Source: a virus
IMG/VR virus record: IMGVR_UViG_3300017780_006957
Span: 1-64,000 of that record
Reading direction: 5' to 3' (one strand)
Length of the DNA stretch: 64,000 nt
Position 1 is the first letter of the stretch. Every line of letters begins with the position of its first letter. Below the pieces are notes generated by a model. It ran no database searches. It worked only from the letters and a program-made list of their open reading frames with translations, and was not told where the DNA came from. Positions 1 through 10,411 of this stretch are shown here, one piece after another. Both the position numbers and the translations under genes were made by a program.

Positions 1-98
1 AATGCAACTTGAGCTTCATAAGCAACTGCGCGATTCTTAGATGCCATAGCTTTGATAAGCTCGACTTGTTCAGGAGTTCTTTTTAAAGTAATTTTCAT
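1..98 (-). CDS. Probable major capsid protein, N-terminal fragment (runs off the window start)
   Basis: ATG at 98 gives MKITLKRTPEQVELIKAMASKNRAVAYEAQVA; follows the terL-portal-protease-decoration gene order. Confidence 0.5.
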   Translation of the reverse strand, partial: MKITLKRTPEQVELIKAMASKNRAVAYEAQVA

Positions 99-120
99 AA
101 ATTATTGTTGATTGTTAAGA

Positions 121-735
121 TTAAAGTCCAAGAGCGATGACAGCATATGTGCCAGCAAATTGGTCTGTGGTTGTACCCGACGAACGTGATCCAGTACCGA
201 CAACAAGGCCGACGCGGAAAATGTCATTGATAGCGCAGCCTGTAACGGTTCCACTAACGCCAGATGCAAGCTTAACGCCAGATCCAACTCCCAATGCACC
301 ATTATATGCACCAGATGTCAATGTGAAAATGCCTCTAGTTGCAACTGGAACTGATTGTCCAGGAAGAACGCACTGAAGCTCTTCAGCCTTTTGTGGGTAA
401 TAGAGAAGCTTTTCTCCATTTTCGTCTGTTTGAGCGGTTTGACGAAGAGTGATGCCAAGAAGTCCGTCACCACTAGTGGCTGGCTTAATCTTCAAGGAAA
501 CGCTTGGATATTGATTTGCTCCAACGAATGGATAATCAGTTTTGCCAAGATACGAATCGGTAGCATAAGTGATTGGGTCTAAGTTGAAGTCTCCCACAGC
601 TGTGGTAACGAATACACCAGCGTCACCAAAAGATGATCCTGTTGTCGATGAATTGACATATGCGCTTTGAAGGGCGAACATGTTGATGACATCATTGTCA
701 TCATATTGTCTGAATGGTAAAATACGAAGTGCCAT
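121..735 (-). CDS. Putative head decoration/cement protein
   Basis: 204 aa, Gly/Thr/Ser-rich and beta-strand-like; lies between protease-scaffold and the presumed capsid gene. Confidence 0.5.
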   Translation of the reverse strand: MALRILPFRQYDDNDVINMFALQSAYVNSSTTGSSFGDAGVFVTTAVGDFNLDPITYATDSYLGKTDYPFVGANQYPSVSLKIKPATSGDGLLGITLRQTAQTDENGEKLLYYPQKAEELQCVLPGQSVPVATRGIFTLTSGAYNGALGVGSGVKLASGVSGTVTGCAINDIFRVGLVVGTGSRSSGTTTDQFAGTYAVIALGL

Positions 736-764
736 AATTTTATTGTTTTAGATTGTTTTAGATT

Positions 765-2303
765 TTATGAGATTGTGATATTTTCACGCTTAAATGCTCC
801 AGAAAACTTTTCACGGAGCGATTGTGTTTCGCGGGAAGATTGTTCGTTGGAAGAGGAGATTCCTGCTTCCGAAGATTCGACGTTATCAAGAATTTCTTCT
901 GTAGAAGGAGCTTCTTCTTCATTTTCGTCTGGCTCTTTTTCTGAGGAAGCTGTTGAGATTTTTTGAATTCTTTTTTCAACTTCAGCATTGATGCGAGCTT
1001 GGATTTCAGCTTCGAAGGCTGCTTTGATTTCTTTATCTTTTGATTTCCAAAGAACGGATAATTTATTTTGGAATGAAGCGAAAGCTTCTTCTGTTAATTC
1101 AAGATCTTTAAGTTCTGACGCAAGAAATTCACGATCAGAATCTTCAAGAGCATACTTTTGATCGATAACGTCCATGCGCTCATTAAATGATGCAATAGCT
1201 TCTTGGGCTTTTTGATTTGCTTCAAAAGATTGAATTTTATCTAGAGCTTCAACTAATTGTGATTTGACGGAATCAACCGAATCCTTGAGTTCGGCATGTT
1301 CTCTCGCAATAGCTTCTTTTTCTGATCTGGCTGATTCGATATCATTGCGATACTCTTCATCCTTCTGCTTGATTGCTTCAGCAAATGTGCTGGTCATAGA
1401 TGCTACGGCTTCTTCTGAAAATTTCTTTTCAATAAGAAGAGTCTTCAATTCGGAAATAACGTTTTCTAATTCCATAGTAATTTTCTTTTTATTTGTTACA
1501 TCAATAATTCCACTTTGTGAAACTTTTTTTAATTCTTTATCTCTTTTATCTACAATTGTGACGTTTGTGGGTTCGCTATCTTTCATATAGATACCTTTTA
1601 CATTCGCAGCTGGACTTGCAGTAAAGCCAATACCTAACGGATAAATTTTTCCTTTGATTAATCTAAAAATATCAAGCCCATCTTTTGTTTTGCCAGTTCC
1701 CCCATAAACTTTTAAGCAGGTTTTAAGCTCCTCTATTTGTTTCGGGTCGGAAATTATTTTGGCATCGTTTAAATTTGTGCTGCCTAATGCGATATCGTAA
1801 TCAGTAAATCCAACTTCCCAACTTGTGGATATTTTTTGGTAATATGCATCATTGGGGTCAGCTGATCTTTCAATTAAATCAACAAAATCTTTATTGGCGG
1901 AACGATAAACAACAGCTCCCAAAGCTATATTAAATGGCTGCGTTTCTCCTTTTAAATTTTCCGCATCTAATATTTCATTAGTGGAATAATCGCTAAATCC
2001 AGCACTTGCAATATGCCCAACTATCTTTTGTTTATTATGTTCAATATTGGTTGGTTTATGTAAGAAATTTTTGGTAAAAGCCAAAGCTGTTTCTGTATCC
2101 ATTCCATCTCCATTTTTATTAAACATATTAACAACTGCCGCATTAAAGGATACGCCAATTAAATCAATATTTTGTTTATAATCTATTCCCTGCGGAATTA
2201 AAGATTCAAGGTTATCTAACGATGCGTTTGAGATAAATGAATTTTCATTTATTTCGCAAGGATTAATAAAAGCCTCAAAAGTAGTGGTATATTTGTAATC
2301 CAT
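765..2303 (-). CDS. Prohead protease fused to a coiled-coil scaffold
   Basis: N-half has HKPTNIEH, SWEVGF and GIGFTASPAA motifs typical of phage prohead proteases; C-half is an acidic coiled coil. Confidence 0.7.
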   Translation of the reverse strand: MDYKYTTTFEAFINPCEINENSFISNASLDNLESLIPQGIDYKQNIDLIGVSFNAAVVNMFNKNGDGMDTETALAFTKNFLHKPTNIEHNKQKIVGHIASAGFSDYSTNEILDAENLKGETQPFNIALGAVVYRSANKDFVDLIERSADPNDAYYQKISTSWEVGFTDYDIALGSTNLNDAKIISDPKQIEELKTCLKVYGGTGKTKDGLDIFRLIKGKIYPLGIGFTASPAANVKGIYMKDSEPTNVTIVDKRDKELKKVSQSGIIDVTNKKKITMELENVISELKTLLIEKKFSEEAVASMTSTFAEAIKQKDEEYRNDIESARSEKEAIAREHAELKDSVDSVKSQLVEALDKIQSFEANQKAQEAIASFNERMDVIDQKYALEDSDREFLASELKDLELTEEAFASFQNKLSVLWKSKDKEIKAAFEAEIQARINAEVEKRIQKISTASSEKEPDENEEEAPSTEEILDNVESSEAGISSSNEQSSRETQSLREKFSGAFKRENITIS

Positions 2304-2309
2304 TTTAAA

Positions 2310-2639
2310 TTACTTTTTTCCCATCTTTTTCAAAATAGCTTCCTGTAAAGCTGGTGGCAATTTCTTTTGGGCTGGAGTAAGTCCACCAGAAGGAGATTCC
2401 TCGGCTAGCATTTTCTGCATTTTAGGGTAGTTGCCAGCGCAGGTATTCATGGTTTGCTTCTTGTCCATTCCAGCAGTATTGACGAACATGTCGTCATCCA
2501 TAGCGCAGGAACTCATATAAGATTTATAGACTCCAGATTCTTTTTCATCCATTGATGAGAGTGAGATTTCCGTTTCTCCGTTATTAATAATAACAGTTTT
2601 AACTAATGGTAATACGATTTCGTTTGGTTCAATTTTCAT
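2310..2639 (-). CDS. Hypothetical head-module protein
   Basis: 109-aa ORF overlapping the portal stop. Confidence 0.6.
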   Translation of the reverse strand: MKIEPNEIVLPLVKTVIINNGETEISLSSMDEKESGVYKSYMSSCAMDDDMFVNTAGMDKKQTMNTCAGNYPKMQKMLAEESPSGGLTPAQKKLPPALQEAILKKMGKK

Positions 2640-4644
2640 TTGATTTACTATGGTATAAGATTGCTGATGAATAATTATCTAATTGATGATCACTGGAAAT
2701 ATCTAAAATATCATCCATTATGCCCAACGATTCAATATTTTCAAAATTGTTTACACAAGAAATTAATTGTTCGTTCCAATTTTCTAAATTAGCAGAACAT
2801 ACTACGGCTTCGCATAATTTATCCAGCATCTGTTCTTGCAGCTTATTGAATTTTTTAATATTTAATGAATCTTTCAATAATTGTTTTGCAGAAGATCTCA
2901 CTTTTTCAATTTCATAAACGATATTTTGAATTCCTTTTCTAGAATAAGACGCTTTTGTGATAGGGATGCCAGTAGTTCCTGGTGGACGACCAGCCACCTT
3001 TGCTGTTTTATTGATGGCTGGAGCTGGAACGCCAATGCCCCCACCTTTCGGTAATTTAGGAGCAGGTGCTGGAATAACTGGAACTCCTCCAACAATGGGG
3101 TTATAGTAACCTTTCTTTCTCTCTTCAATATAAGTCTCTTGAGCGGGGGTAAGTTCGTCTGCTGTTGGAAATTTTCCATTATGGAACATCTCAATACCCT
3201 GTTGTGGAGTTAATACACCAAGTTCAATTAATCTCGTAGCCGCTCTCATTAATTGAGTTTCATCCCTCATATCAAGATCCTTAAATGTGGCTGTTGGATA
3301 TGATCTGAATCCTAAATCAATAGAAATTCTTTTTATTTCTTTTTGTAGGAAATCATTTAAAAATGCATATCTAGATTCTTTTAGTCTATCAGTAAAGATT
3401 TGAGCTTTTACTTCTGTGGCACTATATTTCTCTTCGCCAACAACAATATTCTGAAGTCCTTGCTTAATATCTTCATTTAAAATTGCATATTTTTCTTTTC
3501 CTAATACTTTATTAAGATCGGGAATAATAAAGTCCGCTTTGGTTGTATAGTCTGAAATAAGAACTCTGCCAACGCTTTCATTTTTGAATAAAGTTTGCAT
3601 AGCGTTTAAATTTTGTGGATTAATTCCACCTTTATCTGGCTCCGCACCCATAGTAATCAATAGAACCACATTCTCCACAGTTCTTGTGATAGCTTGATCC
3701 ATCTTCTTAAGCTCAAGCTTTGCATTAATATCCTCTAAGACTGGATAACCAAATGGAATTGCAAATGGCTCATAATCTTGCTTTTTATAAAACGAATATG
3801 AAAGTTTTTTGGGATCAATTTTAATTTTTAATCCATCTTTATAATAAGTTCCTTTTTTAATGGCTTCTTGAACATCTTTATCTAAGCCGTTAAATATGTC
3901 TCTATCCTCTTCGGTTACTGGATTTTGTAATCTAGCCATTTCATATTCTGAAAGAATTTTTTCAAATGCCCCGACAGCAAAAGTCGAAGTTCTTTTGGCG
4001 ACAACATCGAAAGGGTTCAATAAAATATATCTTACTGGTATTTGATTAATAATTTTGCTTTCTGGAGTGCCAGAAGAAGATAATTTCATAAAATCATTAA
4101 TAGTAAATTTACCATCAACGCGATACAAGAAAACATTTCCGCTTCTATAGTATTCTCTAAAATACTGGTCTTTTAAATTCCAAATATTAATTTTTTTAAA
4201 CCAATCTTCAAAAAATTCTCTACTTTTAGATGTCCCACCTTCTAGAAAAATATCTGTATTGGCAAATTCAGACATAATATCAATTGCGTTTCTAAAGACA
4301 GCAACATTTGCATATGCTTTTTGGCAAAGTTCAATTGCATCTCTGACATGAACACCGTCTGAGGCGTAATGATAAGGAAGCATACCTCTTCGGATGCTAC
4401 TGAAGCGATCTATAGTTTCAGAAACAGCGGCTCTATTGATGCGAGTCTTAGTTTGCATTCCACCAGAACTGGTTCTTGATGCAGAAGCTCTTGACTCTGA
4501 AACATACGAAGCGTCTGAAACATAAAATGGATCTCCACATAATTCTGGAGAAAAGACTTGAGATTCTTGCGCTATAGATACATTATTAGGATTACCAAAC
4601 TTATCCCAATACTCAGATTTTTTATTATAATTTCTCTTTGCCAT
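2629..4644 (-). CDS. Portal protein
   Basis: 671 aa directly downstream of terL; AYANVAVFRNAIDIM and REYYRSGNVFLY are portal-like segments. Confidence 0.75.
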   Translation of the reverse strand: MAKRNYNKKSEYWDKFGNPNNVSIAQESQVFSPELCGDPFYVSDASYVSESRASASRTSSGGMQTKTRINRAAVSETIDRFSSIRRGMLPYHYASDGVHVRDAIELCQKAYANVAVFRNAIDIMSEFANTDIFLEGGTSKSREFFEDWFKKINIWNLKDQYFREYYRSGNVFLYRVDGKFTINDFMKLSSSGTPESKIINQIPVRYILLNPFDVVAKRTSTFAVGAFEKILSEYEMARLQNPVTEEDRDIFNGLDKDVQEAIKKGTYYKDGLKIKIDPKKLSYSFYKKQDYEPFAIPFGYPVLEDINAKLELKKMDQAITRTVENVVLLITMGAEPDKGGINPQNLNAMQTLFKNESVGRVLISDYTTKADFIIPDLNKVLGKEKYAILNEDIKQGLQNIVVGEEKYSATEVKAQIFTDRLKESRYAFLNDFLQKEIKRISIDLGFRSYPTATFKDLDMRDETQLMRAATRLIELGVLTPQQGIEMFHNGKFPTADELTPAQETYIEERKKGYYNPIVGGVPVIPAPAPKLPKGGGIGVPAPAINKTAKVAGRPPGTTGIPITKASYSRKGIQNIVYEIEKVRSSAKQLLKDSLNIKKFNKLQEQMLDKLCEAVVCSANLENWNEQLISCVNNFENIESLGIMDDILDISSDHQLDNYSSAILYHSKSNEN

Positions 4645-4691
4645 AACTTATTATAAGTTACACCTTAAAGTATTAAAGTTGACTTTGAACT

Positions 4692-6551
4692 TTAAATAAG
4701 AATTGGAGTAAACGTGCTTTGTATGTTTTGCACCTTTTGATTCATCATATCAAAATGAATAGATATCATCCAATTGCCTAAAACTAAAGCAGAGTAAGAG
4801 TCTTTTCTCGCTTTATCAGCGCCTCTTTGTTTTTTTAAATTATACGGCAAATCAAAACTCTGCGTACCTTGTGTGCTTGTCGATACTTGAATCAAAGCAC
4901 ATTCTACTTTTATTAAATCCAACATATCTTTTTGATGCTCAACGAAATCGATCATTTTTGCGCCATCAGGTTGATTGTCATCAAAATTTTTGATAAACTT
5001 TAAATCTTTGATTGGTATAGAGCTTTTTCTTTGCATATTATAATCGTCGTCCATAGCTGAACCAGCAAAGTATATATTCTTATGATCAAAAGCCGATTGT
5101 AGAGATTCATTTGCGTATCTAATCCATTGAGAACTTGGCTTCCTTAAATAAACAATTTTTTTGGTTTGCAAGTTGTATTGATTTCTTGCATCTCGCAATC
5201 CAGATTCATATTCTTGTAAGTCATCAAAATTAGCATCAATAACATCCAATTTAATACCAAGTTGTTTAAATATTTCACTTTCATTACATGAATTAATAAA
5301 TTGAACTCCTCCATTATAATCGGCTACGATTGAGACAATATTAAAATAATTTAATAAATAAGATAAATAAACAATATGACTCTTTAAGTTTGTTCCAGAC
5401 ATAGCATAACTATGAACTATGGTTCCCCTTGGTTTATTTTTATCTCTTTTAATCAATACCATTGCAAAATCATCAGAGCTTTCGCTTTCTGACCAAGATG
5501 GGTCAATTGATAAAATATATTCATCATCAGGATTACCTACGACTTCGACGCTTTGACCTTCGCCATCGGGAATAGTACATTCCATCATTTTACTTACTTT
5601 AAAGTATCCAGAGCTATCATCTGTGAATACAGCACCGAATTCTCTACTAAACTGAGCTTCGCTCATCGTAGCCTTTGCCTGATTGATCAGATTCTGGTCA
5701 TATAATTGATCAGGAGCGCAATCATAGCTAAAATGCATAATAGTCCTATGAGCGCCATCCTGATCGTTTTTATTCAATATCAGTGACTCATACTGAGAGT
5801 ATAGTTTGAATAGATATTCAAACCGATAAGACGCAGAAGATAAACCAATAATTTTATTATTTGGCCACTGCTTCCTATCTTCTTCTTTCATTTTACCATT
5901 ATCTATTAATTTAGTTTCTAAATCATATATTTCTTGGCGTTCTGTTGGATTTTCAACGACAGAAAGGAATGGCATAATAACTTCATTCAAGACTTTTTCT
6001 GGCATTAACAAAAGCTCATCAATAATCATTCTTTGAAAACGGAAACCACGAAGTTTTTCTCCATCCCCAAGTGGGAGTGCTGTTATTTTGCTTCTGCCAA
6101 TTTCCATAGTCCATTGGTCATTACTTTTTGAAATTCTGGTAATAGCTTGAGCAAATAATTCTGCTTTTGGGCTAAGACTGATTTCTTCCATTTTATTGAA
6201 AATCATTTTCGCCTGACGAAAGGATTTACTAATTAAACCGATATGAACTCCTTGATGAAGAGTTGCATCCAAGATGGCATAAACGGCTGTTGAGAAAGAT
6301 TTACTCATTCCTCGGCTCCAAATGCCTAAAAAGTAATCTGTTTCCATCATGGCTTTAATCGACATGTGTTGAAACGGAAATAATTTAACTCCAGTTAATA
6401 ATTCAGAAGCAAACGATGGGTTTTCTCTTAAAAATTTATAAAATAATATCTTAGCTTCGTGTTCTTCAATATAACCTTCTTTTTCTAATATTTCTTTATT
6501 AATATCAGGAAAAGTTTTTCTTCTTTTTTGTATTCCGTGTTCCCAAGCCAT
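4692..6551 (-). CDS. terL: Terminase large subunit
   Basis: LFPFQ Q-motif, WSRGMSKS Walker A, LRGFRF-MIIDE Walker B, LSSA motif III, RNase H-like ILSIDPS domain. Confidence 0.9.
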   Translation of the reverse strand: MAWEHGIQKRRKTFPDINKEILEKEGYIEEHEAKILFYKFLRENPSFASELLTGVKLFPFQHMSIKAMMETDYFLGIWSRGMSKSFSTAVYAILDATLHQGVHIGLISKSFRQAKMIFNKMEEISLSPKAELFAQAITRISKSNDQWTMEIGRSKITALPLGDGEKLRGFRFQRMIIDELLLMPEKVLNEVIMPFLSVVENPTERQEIYDLETKLIDNGKMKEEDRKQWPNNKIIGLSSASYRFEYLFKLYSQYESLILNKNDQDGAHRTIMHFSYDCAPDQLYDQNLINQAKATMSEAQFSREFGAVFTDDSSGYFKVSKMMECTIPDGEGQSVEVVGNPDDEYILSIDPSWSESESSDDFAMVLIKRDKNKPRGTIVHSYAMSGTNLKSHIVYLSYLLNYFNIVSIVADYNGGVQFINSCNESEIFKQLGIKLDVIDANFDDLQEYESGLRDARNQYNLQTKKIVYLRKPSSQWIRYANESLQSAFDHKNIYFAGSAMDDDYNMQRKSSIPIKDLKFIKNFDDNQPDGAKMIDFVEHQKDMLDLIKVECALIQVSTSTQGTQSFDLPYNLKKQRGADKARKDSYSALVLGNWMISIHFDMMNQKVQNIQSTFTPILI

Positions 6552-6554
6552 AAC

Positions 6555-7469
6555 TTATAATTTCTTTGACCAAAAATATTGGATATCCGTTTTCCACAAT
6601 GACTTACCCAATACTAATAATTTAGGGATAAGCTCTACGCTTAGATCTCTAGATCCACTAAATACGAATTGGCAGCAGTCCCCATACTCTCTTTGCAATT
6701 CCCTCATATTATGAAAGACATATTTAAGATTAAATTTCTTATAGCTTTGTTTGTTATAATCATCCATCGAATGTAGCGGAGCTTCTATAACAATAAATAG
6801 ATAACAACCCAAACTTCTACATCTTTCTAATTCTTTTGCGAATCTATTATATGAATTAGTTACAGTTGCACAAAAATCAGCAAATGATTTTCTATCGACA
6901 TGAGTATAATTATAATTATCACCACCCACTGCGTAGTCTCCTATATCTAATTTTAAAATACTAGATTTTTTAAACTTTAGTGGCTGCTGCTCCCTCGTAT
7001 CTATTAAAACATTTATATTTGAATAATCATTCCAGAATTCTTTTGGCAGTTTTGAATTAAACATAGGTTCAACCAAACACTCTTTACATGCATCCGTGTA
7101 GCTGCCAAAATATTTTTTATAAACATCAATATCAGGCAAGCCAATAGTCCAAAGCTCAACAGAACTTAATGCTGACTTTAAATTTTTGCTCTTTATTCTT
7201 TTTTTAAGAAGATCTATTATGTAGCTTTTTACAGCGCCAAATGGTGCGGTATCACACCATTGTTTCAATTGATGAGATTGTGAAAAGTCCTTTTCGAAAT
7301 ATTCTTCATAATTTTTAAATGGCAATAACTCGCCAGTCAATTTATTTTTTCTTTGAAAGTGCTTGACATAGTAATCGCCCAGCAGCATATCGTGTTTCTT
7401 GATATGAGCGTGTAAGCTTTTTAGAGCATCAAATGATGCATCACATTCTTTACAATTAAATGACATCAT
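6555..7469 (-). CDS. C2H2 zinc finger plus ERCC4/XPF-type nuclease
   Basis: CKEC...HIKKH; IDTREQ, GDY, DRKSxxDF and FIVIE ERCC4 motifs. Confidence 0.75.
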   Translation of the reverse strand: MMSFNCKECDASFDALKSLHAHIKKHDMLLGDYYVKHFQRKNKLTGELLPFKNYEEYFEKDFSQSHQLKQWCDTAPFGAVKSYIIDLLKKRIKSKNLKSALSSVELWTIGLPDIDVYKKYFGSYTDACKECLVEPMFNSKLPKEFWNDYSNINVLIDTREQQPLKFKKSSILKLDIGDYAVGGDNYNYTHVDRKSFADFCATVTNSYNRFAKELERCRSLGCYLFIVIEAPLHSMDDYNKQSYKKFNLKYVFHNMRELQREYGDCCQFVFSGSRDLSVELIPKLLVLGKSLWKTDIQYFWSKKL

Positions 7470-8505
7470 CTTGATGGACCCCTAGAACTCTTGCTCGCCA
7501 TTCAGACATTCCCTCTAAACGGTGAGCTTCTTCTCTGACTAATTCTTTTTGCATTTCTGCAATACGAACCATATTATTGCGTTCGTCCTGTTCTTGAAAT
7601 AATTGAACTATTGATAAAATTGAAGCATTTTCTTTGTTTTTGCTTTTCATCCTTTCGGCGCGATCACCTTGCAGTTTCTTTGTAAGATTTTCGATTCTAG
7701 TTTCGCACTGATGATACTCTCCGCTTTTAGATTTAATAATCTCCGATAATCTATTAGTCATGTCGCTTTGATCATTAGCTTCATCAAACAATTCATTAAG
7801 CTTATTTAAGTGTTTGCTTACAACTTCCAAATTAATAATTTCTTTACAAACATTAAGATATAAGTTAATCTCATCAGCAGTAATGTCTGGCTTATCCCAT
7901 GTTAAACGAATGAATTCTTGTTCAAACAATTCTCTATCTTCTCTTGATAGGTAATTATTCATAATTCTTACGAATCTTGAATTATTTAAATTAATGCCCA
8001 ACTTTTCAGCTCTAATTTTATATTGGCGATTAAGCTTATCTTCTTGAAGATCGCCGCCAGTTGCATCATTAATCTTTTTGACTATTCTAGATATTGATTT
8101 TGGAGCTATATAACTTGTTAATAATCCCACATCTTGTGATGGAACTATATCTGGATTAATTTCTCGCAAAACATCTAAAACAGATCTCTGCTCGATACTC
8201 AGTGATTTAATCTCCCTATCTGGAAAAATTAATTCGGCAATTTTTAATGAAGATGAGCCAGACTTAGCTTGATCAACAATAAATTCTTTTTCTTCTTTCG
8301 AAAAGAAGATTCCTTCTTTCTTTTCTTTTTTGGTAGTATCAAAGCTTATCTCATTATCAATTAAAAATTTTCTAACAAGTCTTCCCTCTTTGCATCTACC
8401 GTCTAACTTATCGTCATTAAAGCACTTTTGTGTTAATTCTATCAAAGAGCTAATTTTTTTGCAATTTTCCAATAAAAATTCTTTATTTTCTTCAGTAAGT
8501 TTCAT
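7456..8505 (-). CDS. Hypothetical coiled-coil protein (possibly terminase small subunit)
   Basis: 349 aa with an HTH-like segment and C-terminal coiled coil, two genes upstream of terL; function inferred from position only. Confidence 0.4.
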   Translation of the reverse strand: MKLTEENKEFLLENCKKISSLIELTQKCFNDDKLDGRCKEGRLVRKFLIDNEISFDTTKKEKKEGIFFSKEEKEFIVDQAKSGSSSLKIAELIFPDREIKSLSIEQRSVLDVLREINPDIVPSQDVGLLTSYIAPKSISRIVKKINDATGGDLQEDKLNRQYKIRAEKLGINLNNSRFVRIMNNYLSREDRELFEQEFIRLTWDKPDITADEINLYLNVCKEIINLEVVSKHLNKLNELFDEANDQSDMTNRLSEIIKSKSGEYHQCETRIENLTKKLQGDRAERMKSKNKENASILSIVQLFQEQDERNNMVRIAEMQKELVREEAHRLEGMSEWRARVLGVHQDDVI

Positions 8506-9193
8506 TTACAATAATGTCAAAGTTTTTTATGATGTCTTCTGCCTTTTTTTGAAAGATGGACTTAAGATTTTTTACTTGTCTATATCCTGCTTTTCTCTTT
8601 TTTTCATTAGTTTTATAACCCATATAAGATGCGACATCCTCTTCTGTGCAATTTTCAAAAAACATCATATAATAAGCCCGATAATGTGTTTCGCTTAATT
8701 GGGACTTCATATGATCATTTAATTTATTAACGGAAAGATCATAAGAAAAGCTGTTATCTATTTTCGAACTAATTTCATTTACATGGTTCTCCGTTGATAA
8801 TGTTATTTTTAAATCTAAACCTGTTTTTTTGAAAGCAGACCATTTATCATATAATTTGCATTGATTATCTTGAATGCCGCTATTTGTCGCAGAACAAGTA
8901 TTTTCTCCTGTATTAAATTGACAATTTACACAAGGACGAACATAATTACCATAATGGTTTCTGACCAAATTTCTAATTTGATTCGATATGATGCGACCAA
9001 TCCAAGGTTCAAGAGGGCGTTCTTGATCCCACATATGCCATTTTTTATGGATATGAATTTTAATAATTTGTGATACATCTTCAAAATCAAACCAATTGAT
9101 AGCGTTAAGTTGCCATTTATTTTTTTGTTTATTGATTGCCGCTTCAATTATGTCTGAATTGTCTTCAAAGGTTTGATGATTATTTTTTTTCAT
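8492..9193 (-). CDS. Phage sigma70-family (ECF-like) factor with a Cys-rich insertion
   Basis: Region-2-like DFEDVSQ...WD-ERPLEPWIGRIISNQIRNLVR; region-4-like TEEDVASYMGY helix-turn-helix; CVNC...C...C insert. Confidence 0.65.
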   Translation of the reverse strand: MKKNNHQTFEDNSDIIEAAINKQKNKWQLNAINWFDFEDVSQIIKIHIHKKWHMWDQERPLEPWIGRIISNQIRNLVRNHYGNYVRPCVNCQFNTGENTCSATNSGIQDNQCKLYDKWSAFKKTGLDLKITLSTENHVNEISSKIDNSFSYDLSVNKLNDHMKSQLSETHYRAYYMMFFENCTEEDVASYMGYKTNEKKRKAGYRQVKNLKSIFQKKAEDIIKNFDIIVNETY

Positions 9194-9524
9194 CAATAAA
9201 ATCATCTACAGATCTTCTGCGAGTTGGTTTGAAGGAGTTCTGGGTATTTTGGCCAAACAAGCTGCCAAAGTTGAAGGAGTGGTTTCCGCCATCAGATTCA
9301 ATATCTACATCGAGCTTTCTGATATTTGGCACACTAGCCACGCTCGTCTCATCTTCATCAAGATCATCATCTTCCTGATCTAGATTTTCAAACGATTGAG
9401 ATGGCAATATCTTTTTCGCAATAGCAATAGACCCTAAACTATTACCACATTTTGTACAAAAATTTGGTTTAGCTAGATTATACTGTAACTTATTGCCACA
9501 ACTAGAGCAAAAAATATGATTCAT
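9180..9524 (-). CDS. Zinc-ribbon protein
   Basis: FCSSCG...FCTKCG followed by an acidic tail. Confidence 0.7.
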   Translation of the reverse strand: MNHIFCSSCGNKLQYNLAKPNFCTKCGNSLGSIAIAKKILPSQSFENLDQEDDDLDEDETSVASVPNIRKLDVDIESDGGNHSFNFGSLFGQNTQNSFKPTRRRSVDDFIDEKK

Positions 9525-9648
9525 ATATATACATTAAGTATATATAGTAAACCATACTTTTTCAATAATGATAACAAAAAAAATCTTTTAAATTGAGCTT
9601 TTCGCAGCTTGAGCGTAAGATGTTTTAGTGTCACATGTAATTACACAA

Positions 9649-10380
9649 TTATTGTTGTTCTAGCTTTCGAATAATGAATTTTAATATTTGACTCCTAACA
9701 ATATCTGATTCGTCAAAAGAAAATGAGCATATTCCATTTTCTGTAGACTGCTGATCATTAAAAATATTAAACATTTGACTAAATCCGCCTTTGTGATGGA
9801 TGTCGCTTTGCATAAAGTCTCCGCAAATAATAATTTTAGTATCTTCCCCAATACGGGTAATCAAAGTGGTTAATTCTTTGAATGTAAAATTCTGAGCTTC
9901 ATCAGCAACAATCAATTTATCTCTCCAACTTGCCCCTCTTAAGAAGTTAATTGGCGCTGCGGCTATTTTTCCCTCATTTTTTAGGAATGCCACATCTCCA
10001 GCATGAATGATTTCTTCAAGTTTGTCATAAAGCGGCATTAAGAACGGATCAAACTTCTCCGATATATCTCCAGGTAGTGAACCAAGCCCTTTATCGGCGC
10101 TTTCAGCGATACTTCTTATATAAATAAGATCTTTTTCTTTGTGCTGTTGCATTAATTGCAATGCCCCATAAAGAGATAGATATGTTTTTGAGGTTCCAGC
10201 TGGTCCTGAAATAAATATGATTTTATTTTCGGGGTTTAAAATTATCTCCAGTAGATCTTTTTGTTTTTCAGTAAATTTGAATTTTTTAGATTTGAATTTT
10301 ATTGGCTGATTTAATAATGTTTTAATGTCAGCAACATCGATCTCTTTCCTTTTCACTTTCGCAGCTTTTTTAATGGCCAT
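9649..10380 (-). CDS. phoH: PhoH-family ATPase
   Basis: GPAGTSKT, LGSLPGD, FLRGASW, DEAQN, TRIGE and GDFMQSD motifs; start placed at MAIKK (10380), after a GTGTAA motif. Confidence 0.9.
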   Translation of the reverse strand: MAIKKAAKVKRKEIDVADIKTLLNQPIKFKSKKFKFTEKQKDLLEIILNPENKIIFISGPAGTSKTYLSLYGALQLMQQHKEKDLIYIRSIAESADKGLGSLPGDISEKFDPFLMPLYDKLEEIIHAGDVAFLKNEGKIAAAPINFLRGASWRDKLIVADEAQNFTFKELTTLITRIGEDTKIIICGDFMQSDIHHKGGFSQMFNIFNDQQSTENGICSFSFDESDIVRSQILKFIIRKLEQQ

Positions 10381-10411
10381 GTTATAATAATTACACTTAC
10401 ATATTGAAATA

